From: Eledone cirrhosa
Taxonomy: Eukaryota
Reading direction: 5' to 3'
NCBI GenBank assembly: GCA_964016885.1
Contig: OZ024742.1
Coordinates: 345,278,001 to 345,342,000, forward strand
DNA: 64,000 nucleotides
Of the stretch, positions 51,218 to 64,000 are shown piece after piece (position 1 is the first letter of the stretch; every line of letters starts with the position of its first letter). Under the pieces are notes generated by a model, which was given only the letters and a program-made list of their open reading frames with translations, was not told the origin of the DNA and ran no database searches. A program made the translations under genes and the position numbers.

Positions 51218-53203
51218 GTATATATATATATATTTATATATGGGGGGGGAGGAATTTATATCAATATACAAGCATATATATGTATATAATATATATATGA
51301 TATACATATATATATATCTACATATATACATATATATGTGTGTGTGTGTACATATATATATATATATATGTATAGTATATAGTACAAATGGACAAACAAA
51401 CAAACGCAAGAGTCAATAGTACATAGTGTTATTAGTTTCACGCTTGGTGAGAGTTGGTGAGGTAACAACGCTTCGGACATAAGTCCTTCATCAGGGGGTT
51501 GGGAGGAACTCCGAGAGGGAATGTGGAGGGGAGTTAATAGGACAAACATGAAAGGGCGGGAAAAATAGAAATGAAAATAAACACGACATAAAAAAAAATA
51601 GAAATAGAATTGAAAGGAATATAAAAAAAAACAGAATTAAAAAATGAAAATGAAGGGGAGGGAGGGGTGTACGATTCCGGGATGGAATGGGTGGTGGAGG
51701 GGGAGAAAGGGAGGAGGGAAAGCAAGAATATTAAAGTCCGAGCGGGGATGGGAGAAGATAAGGTGTGTGTGTATGAGCAGATGTAAGTGTGTGTGTGTGT
51801 AGATGTAAATGTGTGAGTCTGGGAGGAAGCGAGTGTACGTGAACATGTGTGTTGGGTGGAATGTATGTCTGTGTGTATAGTCCCTGTATGTGTATGTGTG
51901 TGGATGGAGGGGGATGGTGTAAGATGAGATCGTGTCAAATCGGGAGGCGGTGTGGGGTAAAGTGTGTGTGTATGTGTGTATGGTTAAAAGAAGGGAAGGT
52001 GTGGTTTGTCTGTAGGTGATGAGGGTTCATGTGAAATGTGTAGTTGCGTGTGAGCGGAAATGGTGCAAGTGTCTGTGTGTGTCTACGTTTCTGAATGGAT
52101 GTTGGTGTGTGTGTGTGGATGGTAAAGACCCGGGGTATGGCGGGTGGATATCGTTTGTGGTCTTTTCACGATATATATATAATATATTTCGTTTCTGAAT
52201 TTGTTTGGCAAGATTCTTTATCTGAAAACGTGTGTTGAAACCGATATTGTTATGCTTTGGAAATTTATAAATTCTTAAATTTATAAATTTAATTTATAAT
52301 AAATTGAAGTTAAAGTAACTGGTGCGTGTGTTTCTTATTGGCAACATGATCCTCCCAAAGCATAACAATATATAATATATTATTATATTATTTATATATC
52401 TTCATACACGGAACAAAAGCGCTACCCAAATTTCAAGGCCCAAATGTCCTTACCTCCAGACATTGCTACATACACACACATATACTCTCACTCTCACACA
52501 CACACACACACTCATTACTACTATAGAGGGCCGACGAGATTTGATTCCAGAATCCGATCAGCAGCGAAACGCACGTCACCAACCAATAAACGTAATGATA
52601 GAAAAAAAGAAAGGGAGAACTTGAGAGCAAGATTGAGCTGTGCATATATTGTTTATTAAATTCTACAGAGAGAAAGGGGGGAGAGGGATCTAGATAGAGA
52701 GAGAAAGAGAGGTGGAGAGAGAGGGGGAAGAGAGAGGGAGAGAGAGGGAGATAGAGAGACTGAACTGTGTACATATTTGTCTAAAATATATTTTTATATT
52801 CTATACAGAAAGAGAGAGACAGAGATAGAGATAGGCAGAGATAGATTGAAAGAGGGAAATAGAGAGAGGGGGGAGAGAGATAGTGAGTGAGTGAGTGAGT
52901 GACAGAGAGATTGAGCTGTGTATATATTTATCTAAATTATATTCTTCAATTTTACACAGATCGGAATGCAATGATGTGTCAAGGAAATGTGCAAACTATA
53001 TAATAAAGAAGCCATATGATAATAGGATTTACATCATTCATGAATTCACAGCAATCGAAATGAGCAATTGTTTACCTAGTCAACTCTGTCTGTAGGTCAA
53101 CACATCTGTCAAGTCTGTGAGGCGTTTACATCTACTATATATATATATTTATTTATTTATTTATATATATGTGTGGGGGTGTGCGTGTGTTTGTGATTAC
53201 ACA

Positions 53204-53276
<73 letters not shown>

Positions 53277-53284
<8 letters not shown>

Positions 53285-53495
53285 TAAAATAACAGATTAA
53301 AGTTTAAGCAAAGAATCGCTGCTTTCACCCTTAACGGGAGTTTCAGAAGATCCCGTTAAGGGTGAAAGCAGCGATTCTTTGCTTAAACTTTAATCTGTTA
53401 TTTTAATAAATATTTGCTCTTCGGTTCTTATATATTTGATATATATTTTCCTTATCGAGCCCTCTCTGGATTTTAGTCTTCAATTTTATTATTAT

Positions 53496-53498
<3 letters not shown>
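53277..53498 (+). mobile_element. Minimal PLE-derived fold-back element (~60-bp arms plus tail)
   Basis: 53277-53338 is the reverse complement of ~53352-53413; same family as 33679. Confidence 0.88.
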
Positions 53499-53533
<35 letters not shown>

Positions 53534-53699
53534 TGTGTGTGTGTGTGTATGTGTGTGTGTGTGTGTGTTGCCATGAAAAGAAATTTGCTCCTCTGCTAAA
53601 CATATTGCTATAACTGAATCTGTCATATTACGTTTTTCATGATTAATTGCAAGGAATTAAATCCTATCTCTCTCCCTCTCTCTCCCTCTCTCTCCCTCT

Positions 53700-53793
<94 letters not shown>

Positions 53794-54116
53794 CGAGTGT
53801 TGTAGTTTGTTCCAAGCATAGTGTACAGAGTGGAAAATTGTGTGCTTTTTAGAGACTTTACTGGTAATTTCAATAAAAAATGTCTGCATAAAAACAACAC
53901 ATTTTGTCCTGCTCCGGCTTAGTTCTCTTATATCTTCTCTTGAAGAAGGAGCTTTACCCTGAAATATTAAAGATTAAATAAAGCACAACAGGTTAATATT
54001 TCAACAACACCGTTATCATTATTTTGAATATTCATTTAATATCTTATTTGCATTATCGTAGCCCTCTAAAATAAGAAAATTGTTTCCATGTATATATGTA
54101 TGTATGTATGTATGAC

Positions 54117-54618
54117 ATGTCAGGTTGCTCTGGAGTGCCACTAGTAACATGTAACCCAGTACAACCTGTCTCATGGTCGGATCGTTGGCGACTAAACCGG
54201 CAACCCCACCAAGCTTGCTTGGTGAGGAGTGTGATATTTGTACAACCTGCAGTATGAAATGCAAGACCCGGCAAAGGGTGGAGGAACTCGACAGAGTCAA
54301 CGGCCATCCAAATAGTCCCATTTTTGTTTTGTTTTAGGGTGAAAGGCCCCTAATTGTTGTCAAAACACCTTTCTAGGAGAAGGAAACTCTGAAGGAAAAC
54401 CTGCGGCTTCGGAAGCATTCGCTGGTGTTGACCAGTTCTCCTTTTCGGGTAGTGTTTTCGATGCTCAGAGAGTGGGATTAAAAAATCTTCAGAGCACAAG
54501 CATTGCTTGTTCAAGATTTGTGACAGGTTCGTGTAGCTGGTCGTGGCCTGGAAGTGCACCAAACTCGGTAATCTGACAAGCGAATGCGGTACTCTTGGCA
54601 GAGTTTGCAGCCATCATG
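54117..54618 (+). mobile_element. Short non-autonomous RTE-derived element in (TATG)n
   Basis: Shares cagtacaacctgtctcatggtcgg.tcgttggcgactaaac, ggagaaggaaactctga and the 3' gagtt.gcagcca.catg with 39890-40500. Confidence 0.65.
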
Positions 54619-54769
54619 TATGGATGTATGTATGTGTGTATTTTATTTGACTTTGTATTTCTAAAATAATAAAACATGTTATAGGCTATCAATAAGGATA
54701 CAACTTTGGACTGATACCACGAAACACATAGATACACGGCTGCCCAGAAGGATAGCTTATGTTTACAAA

Positions 54770-54958
54770 TAATTGTTTCTACTTTTGGCACAAGGCCAGC
54801 AATTATCCCAGTGTATTACTGGTGCTTTATTTTATCGACCCCGTAAGGATGAAAACCAAAGTTAACCTCGGCGGGATTTGAATTCAGACCAGAAAGGGCT
54901 GTAACGCTTTGCTGCATAGTAAAGCGTCCGACGCTCTACCGATACAGCCAATCCACCA
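54770..54958 (-). mobile_element. tRNA-derived SINE
   Basis: Reverse complement of the family sequence. Confidence 0.88.
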
Positions 54959-55371
54959 GCAAGAAATAAAACGAAAGAGATAAATGGAGGCCTATGAGAA
55001 AGAATATATGATAGTTGTATGTCGAATAAGCATACATAGTTCTTGCTGTGAGTATCTTAAGCTGCGATCATATGACAACTACCCCAGTAACTACAGCATC
55101 CTTAATCTCATCATCAGTGACGTTTACTCATTCAATAATATGGTAGAGACGTTAATACTTCTTATATAGTGATATTGCAAATAATACATTTTTTGGATAT
55201 GCTTATTTGCTTAAAGGTAGCCGCGACTTAACCATTGCTTAACATAACCACATGTGTATATTTATTACACACAAACATGTCTATGCTTTCATATATTCCT
55301 CTATTGTCAATCACGCTGTGTTACTGCTACTACTAATTAAATAAATAAAGTATATATATATATATATATAC

Positions 55372-55456
<85 letters not shown>

Positions 55457-55459
<3 letters not shown>

Positions 55460-55560
55460 GAGGTGTGTCAGAAAAGTTCCAAGACTGATGTCACAAAATA
55501 TTTATTTCAAACCCAAACTTCACACTAAGAGTTGTCTCCTTCAAAGTAATCCTCCTGGAG
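55457..55560 (+). mobile_element. Mariner-type terminal fragment
   Basis: TA-cgaggtgtgtcagaaaagttcc resembles mariner TIR starts; lies in (TA)n; no partner TIR seen. Confidence 0.5.
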
Positions 55561-55744
55561 TATGTAACTGTAACCTAAGCTCTCTGTAGAAATACAATTA
55601 ACATCACAATTAAACACATAATTATTTATATCAGGATTTGAACTTTCAATAGTGAGACTTATTAATTATTTAATCATACAAGACATTAACTATCCAGAAT
55701 TACGTTTGCATCGACACACACACAAACACAGACACATATATATG

Positions 55745-55792
<48 letters not shown>

Positions 55793-55870
55793 TGCCAAAT
55801 CAACTTTTCAAATACAAGTCGATGTTGAACGGTATGTCAAATCTATTTATCTATAAAACTGTCTATATTG

Positions 55871-55936
55871 TATTTTGTCTGAGGAAGGCATAGCATATTG
55901 TTAATATGATATCCCTGAAATATATATAATGAAATA
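55871..55936 (+). ncRNA. Minimal type I hammerhead ribozyme
   Basis: TATTTTGT-CTGAGGA-AGG catagCATATTgttAATATGatatc CCT-GAAA-TATATA-TA-ATGAAATA; 8-bp stem I (two G-U pairs), AATAAA overlapping the end. Confidence 0.72.
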
Positions 55937-56063
55937 AATATGGTTTTATAAATATAGTTTCCATTTATTTAATATCGTAAATATAATCTAAATACTTGTT
56001 GAGTGCTTTTATATCAGTTATAAATATTTACTAGTTGTAACCCAACAATTTAAATATAACTTT

Positions 56064-56117
<54 letters not shown>

Positions 56118-56122
<5 letters not shown>

Positions 56123-58775
56123 TAAGAATAATGAATAAAAACAAAGAAACAGTTTCTTATATTAAAAGATTCATCATTTAAGAAATTTAATTAAGGGGTA
56201 GAGGAATGCAGACTTCATTTTTTAATGGAAAGAGTATTTTGAATGAAAAGATTACTTTGGGGATGAAAATAGGTCAAGCCGGTGAAAGGTACACGAAATT
56301 TTGATGTTATTAAAGAATAATGTTAATGTTAAAATCTAAGGAGAATAAAGTTTTACTATAAATGTGTTAGTGAAAAATATCAATCGTATTTAAAACATGA
56401 GGAATATAGATCTATAAAAAGAAATTAAATTAATTTAATTGATAGGTATATTTATAGGGATAAATTTATATTAATTCATATAGATATGATAAATAAGAGT
56501 TAGATGTTATTAAAGAATGTTGTTAAAAACTAATGAAAAAGAATTTTGAGTGGGGAGGGATAAATGTATTAGTGAGAAATAACAAACTTATATAGATTAT
56601 AAGGAATTTAGATTCATAACAGGAAATTAAAATAGTTTATGTGTATACTTATTGGTATAAATTTTAGGAAAAGATAGCTGTAAAAGGGAAATAAGATTAT
56701 GCAGTTCTTAGTAGTAGAATATTAATTATAGGTTAACTAATTTAAAAAAATTAATTATAATAATTTGTAAAATATAAGTGTATATTAATTAGGTTTATAA
56801 TATTTGAAAGTTTTTCTAATTCTATGATTGCATGATATAATTAATTCTTCTCGCTTATTTAATAGGATATCCTTAGATTTCATTATTTCAAATAGTTCCT
56901 GGGAACATAATCTACATTCATATCTATTATTTTGATAAGGGGTGGCCCTTTTGAGCACATTCCAGGTCAAGTTATAATCGATATTCTTTTTTCTATAATT
57001 ATTAATTATTTCAGCTAAGGATGTTGTATTAGCTAATGCGGCATTTTTAAAACTGTGTTTATGGGTATTAAATCTTACTTTAAATTGGTTAGAAGTAGCT
57101 CCTATACGTGAATAATTTGAGTCCTTAGTGCTAATTTTACATTTATATACTATGTTATTAATAAGGCAATTTCCTTTTAATGGTCAATTTGCCATAAATA
57201 CCATCAAATTTTAAATAGATCAACGGTCAAATTCTCCTACTCAACAACCAAAAATATACAACAAAATATAAGTGCCTACAATGCATATAAATGTAAAACA
57301 AAACATGAATATACCACCAACACATCAAACTAACTATAATACTAAAATAAACCCACAGCAAACCACCATCTCATTCACATACAACAAGTCGAGAAAATTC
57401 CACACTTAATTTGACTAACTCCCCTGATATAACATTCACGAAAAGTTGTAACTGTAGAAACAAAGCAAATTGCCCATTAAAAGGAAATTGCCTTATTAAT
57501 AACATAGTATATAAATGTAAAATTAGCACTAAGGACTCAAGTTTTTCATATATAGGAGCTACTTCTAACCAATTTAAAGTAAGATTTAATACCCACAAAC
57601 ACAGTTTTAAAAATGCCGCATTAGCTAATACAACATCCTTAGCTGAAATAATTAATAATTATAGAAAAAAGAATATCGATTATAACTTGACCTGGAATGT
57701 GCTCAAAAGGGCCACCCCTTATCAAAATAATAGATATGAATGTAGATTATGTTCCCAGGAACTTTTTGAAATAATGAAATCTAAGGATATCCTATTAAAT
57801 AAGCGACAAGAATTAATTATATCACGCAATCATAGAATTAGAAAAACTTTCAAGTATTATAAACCTAATTAATATACACTTATATTTTACAAATTATTAT
57901 AATTAATTTTGTTTAATTAGTTAACCTATAATTAATATTCTACTACTAAGAACTGCATAATCTTATTTCCCTTTTACAGCTATCTTTTCCTAAAATTTAT
58001 ACCAATAAGTATACATATAAACTATTTTAATTTCCTGTTATGAATCTAAATTCCTTATAATCTATATAAGTTTGATATTTCTCACTAATACATTTATCCC
58101 CCAATCCCAAATTATTTTCCTTAGTTTTTAACAACATTCTTTAATAGCATCTAACTCTTATTTATCATATCCATATAAATTAATATAAATTTATCCCTAT
58201 AAATATACCTATCAATTAAATTAATTTAATTTCTTTTTATAGATTCCTTATGTTTTAAATAAGATTGATATTTTTCACTAACACATTTATAGTAAAACTT
58301 TATTCTCCTTAGATTTTAACATTAACATTATTCTTTAATAACATCAAATTTTCGTGTACCTTTCACCGGCTTGACCTATTTTCATCCCCAAAGTAATCTT
58401 TTCATTCAAAATACTCTTTCCATTCAAAACTGAAGTCTGCATTCCTCTACCCCTAAATTAAATTTCTACTACTACTATTCTATCAACTTGACCACTTACT
58501 ACTTTTCTATTGGCCAATTCAAAACCTGTTCCCAAACAAACCTATTATATTAAATCTTTGTTGTTTTTTTTCAATAAACAAATATCATTATTTCTGAAGA
58601 CAGCATATATATGTGAAGGTATGTATATTTCCTCTGATAGTTTATAAAATTTTTACATAGATCTATATGATATACATACCAAAACACACATATATATCCT
58701 AGAAACGATCGTAAAATGATGAATTTTTTAATATAAGGAACTGTTTCTTTGTTTTTATTCATTATTTTTATTAAT
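56118..58775 (+). mobile_element. 5'-truncated Penelope-like element with ~1-kb inverted arms (56181-57192 / 57465-58467)
   Basis: The same GIY-YIG C-terminus is read on both strands (56785-56970 - and 57411-57872 +); outer short arms 56118-56180 / 58712-58775. Confidence 0.9.
57411..57872 (+). pseudogene. PLE GIY-YIG endonuclease domain (RT missing)
   Basis: CNCRNKANCPLKGNCLINNIVYKC...SYIGATSNQFKVRFNTHKHSF...CRLCSQELFEI...LLNKR. Confidence 0.88.
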
Positions 58776-59573
58776 TTATCTTGACGCTGTTTTACTGTGA
58801 TTTTCATCGAAAACATTTTGAATACATCTTCTCTTTTCATGATATTTGGATTACATTGAGTTCTTCATACGGATTGGACACTACCGTATGTTTTGGTAGA
58901 TTTATCTACATATATATATATATATAGAAAAGATGAATATAAAATGAAAGTGCTTTTTTTTTAAAAGGAATTTATTAGGTATTGACATATGTTTCTGTAA
59001 CAGACGGAATTCCTATGTATCGCTGCTTGCGTAATCATATAATGTTAGCAAGTATTCGATAGCAAATGTATAATCATTTGTCACTTCTTCAGAGATATTG
59101 GATAAATTGGAAAAAATCAGAAAAATTGAAGTATTTATATTAGTTGTAATAGAGGAAGAAGAGAGGGGATAGTATATGACAAATGGCAATTCTATTTACT
59201 GGTAAACAAGTATATAAAGGGTTTCTAATGAGAATACGTGTATATGGTTTATTTTATCTAAATAAGAATTTTTGGGAGTGCCTATTTTAATCTATACTTG
59301 ACCAATTGAACAATGGACATGGCTGGTCGTTTGGTGTAGTAGTATTAATTATAAAGTGTCAATTAAGGAAGAGGGGGATTTTCACTGCTACTGAATAACA
59401 ACAATGCTGGTAGTCTGCTGGTATATGGATTAGGGAATTGAATTAAGTAATCTTATTTTATCTATAGCAGTTTATATTAAATGGTAAAGAATAGAAGAGT
59501 TGATAGAATTAAGACTAATAGAGAATGTTAATATGTATTTTGACAATCAAACGGAGATGGAGACAGGCGTTCA

Positions 59574-61250
59574 ATCCTGGTAGTGTTTGTAATATGAAAA
59601 TGTAGATTTTAAGCGATGGTTACAGTATAACGATCGCTCTATTCTGTTATTTAATAAAATATTTTTTGATTTCATAATACAAAATAATTCCATATTACAC
59701 AATTTACAAAATTCCTCTCCGTGGTTTATGGAGTCGCTATTATATCCCATTTTAGGTTAAATTGTTGGTTATTTTCGAGCAGCTGCCAAGCCTTGTCTGC
59801 GAGTGTTTTTACATAACGCTGGTTTTCATGTTTTATCGAGTAACGATGTCTATAAAGGCGAGATTTGAAGGAGGTGGCTGTAGACCCCAAATAGTACCAC
59901 TTCTGGCTATCCGATTCGATAGTACATTTGTATATGATGTTGCGTTCAAGACACTGATTGTTCAACGGACACATTCCTGGTTGGACACAGTTACAGTTAT
60001 AATTTTGCGTTGTTGTATTGGCATGGATGGGTTGATGAGGTTGCTTAGGTAAAACGGGATGTTGTTTGTTGTTTTGTGATGTTATAGCTGATATTTTACG
60101 TGTATTGTTATGTGTTGGAAGGCGTTTATACAACCGTTTTGCGTTAAGCTTTTTTATATGTTGTTCAATATTAGGGGCGGTTGAATATGAAAGTCGAATA
60201 GTGTTAGGGTTTAAGATTTTATTATATTTATGTGATGTTGGAAAGTGTTTTTTAACTAATCGAAAGAATTGTGGGGGTAGATTGGTTTTAATAGAGTTGT
60301 TATAGACCGGGTTGTACCATATATACTCTTTACATCGCCTTCTGTTTGGTGGTATGCGACTATTAGTGTGTCTATTGCAGTAGTGCATGTATGGTGGTGA
60401 CTCTATGCTATTTCTTCCCCTATGAGATTTATTTTGGGTGTTTTGGTGATCGTCGACTATATACTCTATATTATCTAGGTCTCCAGCCTTCCTAAGTGCA
60501 TCATCATAATATTCGGCATGTTCTTTGAAGGTTTGCTGGTTGGACGACAGGCGGGAGATTCTAAGGGAATATTTCTAGGGATGGATTTAATTATAGAGGG
60601 TGGATGGTTAGAACTCGTATTTACATATTTAAGGTTATCATTTAGTTTATGGAACGGTTTAATCGTTTCTGTATTGAGATTCAAAGTAACATCAAGGAAA
60701 TTAACCTCTTTGAGGTTATATTCAAATGTAATATTTAATCCTAGTTCCTTAAAAAGCTTTCTGATATTTTTACGCATCCTTTCTAAATTCTGGTTATTCA
60801 TATGCTTAACTAAAAGGAGCGCATCGTCATGGTAGATTCCACCGTGGAGATCCTTGAATTTTCCTTGTAGTCTGTGGGTGATATAAATTCCCACAAGATC
60901 AGTTACTTCCACTGAATCATTGGAACCCATAGTAATATCAAAATTAGAAGGTCTAACCTTGCGAACCCAGTAGCTATCATCAAATTTAACAATAGTTTTC
61001 CTCGCTTCCATAATAATATTAATTTCAGCATCCGTAAGGTCGGAATTAGCCGTAGCGAACGAAAGAGCTTCATGTAGAGTATCAGGTGAAATTGAGGAAT
61101 AATATTCATCAATATCGAACTGAATAAATTTTGATTTGTTCTTATCAGTAAAGCTATTAAACCATCTTATTGCCTCATGGGTGTTACGCCATAGTTTAAT
61201 ATCTACTTTAGCCTTAACTTGGGGGATAATTCTGATTAGTATATATTTGC
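59574..61250 (-). pseudogene. PLE RT plus GIY-YIG ORF remnant (frameshifted)
   Basis: FDITMGSNDSVEVTDLVG, GIYHDDAL, VNFLDVTLNL, SNHPPSI, IWYNP, CNC..CPL..C..IIYKC, YYLGST. Confidence 0.88.
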
Positions 61251-61862
61251 TAATTGTGTAATATGGAATTATTTTGTATTATGAAATCAAAAAATATTTT
61301 ATTAAATAACAGAATAGAGCGATCGTTATATTGTAACCATCGCTTAAAATCTACATTTTCATATTACAAACACTACCAGGATTGAACGCCTGTCTCCATC
61401 TCCGTTTGATTGTCAAAATACATATTAACATTCTCTATTAGTCTTAATTCTATCAACTCTTCTATTCTTTACCATTTAATATAAACTGCTATAGATAAAA
61501 TGAGATTTCTTAATTCAATTCCCTAATGCATATACCAGCAGGCTACCAGCATTGTTGTTATTCAGTAGCAGTGAAAATCTCCCTCTTCCTTAATTGACAC
61601 TTTATAATTAATACTACTACACCAAACGACCAGCCCTGTCCATTGTTCAATTGGTCAAGTATAGATTAAAATAGGCACTCCCAAAAATTCTTATTTAGAT
61701 AAAATAAACCATATACTCATTGTATTCTCATTAGAAACCCTTTATATACTTGTTTACCAGTAAATAGAATTGCCATCTGTCATATACTATACCCTCTCTT
61801 CTTCCTTTATTACAACTAATATAAATACTTCAATTTTTCTGATTTTTTTCCAATTTATCCAA

Positions 61863-61980
61863 TATCTCTGAAGAAGTGACAACTGATTATACATTTACTA
61901 TCGAATACTTGCTAACATTATATGATTACGCAAGCAGCGATACATAGGTATTCCGTCTGTTACAGAAACATATGTCAATA
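61863..61980 (+). ncRNA. HHR-like motif with ~75-nt insertion in stem II (mirror copy 58980-59097 on minus strand)
   Basis: CTGAAGA-aGTGACA...TGTTACa-GAAA-CATATG-TC, followed by AATAAA; stem I is weak. Confidence 0.5.
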
Positions 61981-62254
61981 CGTAATAAATTCCTTTTTAA
62001 AAAAAAGTACTTTCATTTTATATTCATCTTTTCTACATTTCCTCCGGAATATAATTTATACTCGTTGAGCAAACCTACACGTACGCTGTTCATCTCTAAC
62101 GTGACGATATATTATCACTACATTATTGATAACTTCAAATGTTTATATATATATATTTATATATATATATACGTTATTCTGGGTTGAATCGGAGGTAACC
62201 ACAGTAAGTAAGGTACTCAATACATAGCAGAGTATAAAAGTTTTAATATACATG

Positions 62255-62305
62255 AGATTCTACAGGACTAGAACTGTTTCATTCTTTGGAAATCATCAGG
62301 AATCT
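62255..62305 (-). ncRNA. Complete type I hammerhead ribozyme (monomer-competent stem III)
   Basis: Reverse complement: AGATTC-CTGATGA-T TTC caaa GAA T-GAA-ACAG ttctagtc CTGT-A-GAATCT. Confidence 0.85.
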
Positions 62306-62744
62306 GGGTATCAAAAAATAAATATGGTATTTATAGGTCTCTTCGGGTGGTAGGAGAGGGTAAGGAGTGGGATAGGTCGAGGTAATTGGTTGATAGAAAA
62401 GGGAATTTATTAAAAGCTAATTCTTTAAAGCTATAATTTTATATTTAGAGTAACAAAGGCAGAAAGAATTCTATAAACAAGTTCAGGATGGTGTGCCATT
62501 CTTTATTTATTTTTCTCTTAAGCTAACAATGCCTATATTTCAGGTGTCTATAAGATCGTTGGAGGTCAGTCATGGTTGATGGATTTAAAGAAAAGGGAAA
62601 TCCTTTAAAAGCTAATTCTTTAAGGTTCTACTTAGTGACAAAGGCCTAGAGAATTCTATAGACCAGTTCAAACTATTGAGTGCATATCATACCATTATCT
62701 TCAAATTTTTCTTAAACTATATTCCAAAAGTCAACAGACAGATT

Positions 62745-62790
62745 CACAAACACACACACTCACACACACACACTCGCGCGCACCCACACA

Positions 62791-62825
<35 letters not shown>

Positions 62826-62878
62826 AATATATACACATATATATACATATATATATACATATACATATATATACACAC

Positions 62879-62960
<82 letters not shown>

Positions 62961-63061
62961 ATATATATAATATATACACACATACACACATGTACACATA
63001 TACACACACATATATATATATATACATATATATATACATATATACACACATATACACATAT

Positions 63062-63092
<31 letters not shown>

Positions 63093-63127
63093 CACACATT
63101 CATATACATATATATATATACACACAC

Positions 63128-63158
<31 letters not shown>

Positions 63159-63196
63159 TGTATATATATATATATATATACATATATAAATATATA
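62745..63196. repeat. Compound (CA)/(TA)n microsatellite
   Basis: Direct reading. Confidence 0.95.
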
Positions 63197-63814
63197 ACGA
63201 AGGAAATGTGGTAAGGAACCAGGTGGACCATAACGCACCAAAGTACTCAATACTTACGGTAGTAGAATGGGTAATAGGAACGAGTAGGGCCCCGACGGCT
63301 GAGCTCAAGCCGTTTCGACGGCTAATTCTGGCTACTCTGTTAATGTTGTTACATACATGTATGTTATTGATGATGAGAAAGCTAGACAACCCTTTCATCT
63401 AATATAGACCACACAAATATTACTATCCTCACTACAGTGATAAATCCTTCATCTGTCAGATAATAAATGATTCTTACGGCCACCAGACCTACATTGTTTA
63501 AAGCCACCTGCCTATCTTTACACTATATATAATACACCCCCAAGACAGCTTTTACATGTCAATTTTATACATCTGCCTCATGTCAGCTAGTTTTACACGC
63601 TAAAATCGTAGATATACTATACTTCCCACCTAGATTGATGTTGTGATTATTTCAAATAATTTATTGCTAGCATTGTTAGTATTGTTGTTATTGTTCTAAT
63701 TGAATGTCATTACTACTATATATAGTAGCTATGCCTGTATATTCCTTTCATTCTCACAAGCTCCGATGAATTGACTGGTTATAACTTTGTATTGGTGATC
63801 GAATAACGTGAAAT

Positions 63815-63956
<142 letters not shown>

Positions 63957-64000
63957 TTGTGTGTCGATGCAAACGTAATTCTGGATAGTTAATGTCTTGT

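Larger units (their letters stand above)
58925..62035 (-). mobile_element. 5'-truncated Penelope-like element (probably Nematis-like) with inverted arms (58925-59704 / 61252-62035)
   Basis: RT and GIY-YIG remnants on the minus strand, with ~780-bp inverted arms. Confidence 0.9.

Noticed and set aside
54255-54295. Twister ribozyme (CAAGACCCGGCAAAGGGTGGAGG resembles the 3' half)
   Set aside because: The required 5' UAA cleavage strand and pseudoknot partners were not found.

Overview
AT-rich, microsatellite-dense animal DNA in which I find no host gene. The tRNA-derived SINEs resemble the Nin-domain OK/OR-type SINEs of octopod cephalopods, so an octopod origin is likely (inference). The window is almost all nested repeats: an 18-bp quasi-palindromic minisatellite (0.45-3.2 kb); RTE fragments; a head-to-tail train of R4/Dong-clade LINEs in (TAA)n (13.6-29.6 kb, including one 1127-aa ORF); internally deleted Tx1/L1-type elements; a non-autonomous Helitron; Tc1/mariner remnants; and at least four GIY-YIG Penelope-like elements (PLEs) with inverted pLTR arms. 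The signal the ORF track misses is self-cleaving RNA. I read by eye several type I hammerhead ribozyme (HHR) motifs. The strongest is a non-coding ~501-bp tandem and inverted array at 33974-35940 carrying one minimal HHR per unit, which fits a retrozyme-like, circRNA-type system. There is also a complete HHR at 62255-62305 (-) and a multicopy HHR-like fold with a variant CAGAAGA core in a size series of PLE fold-back elements. All structures and family calls come from manual reading; no alignment, folding or database search was run.
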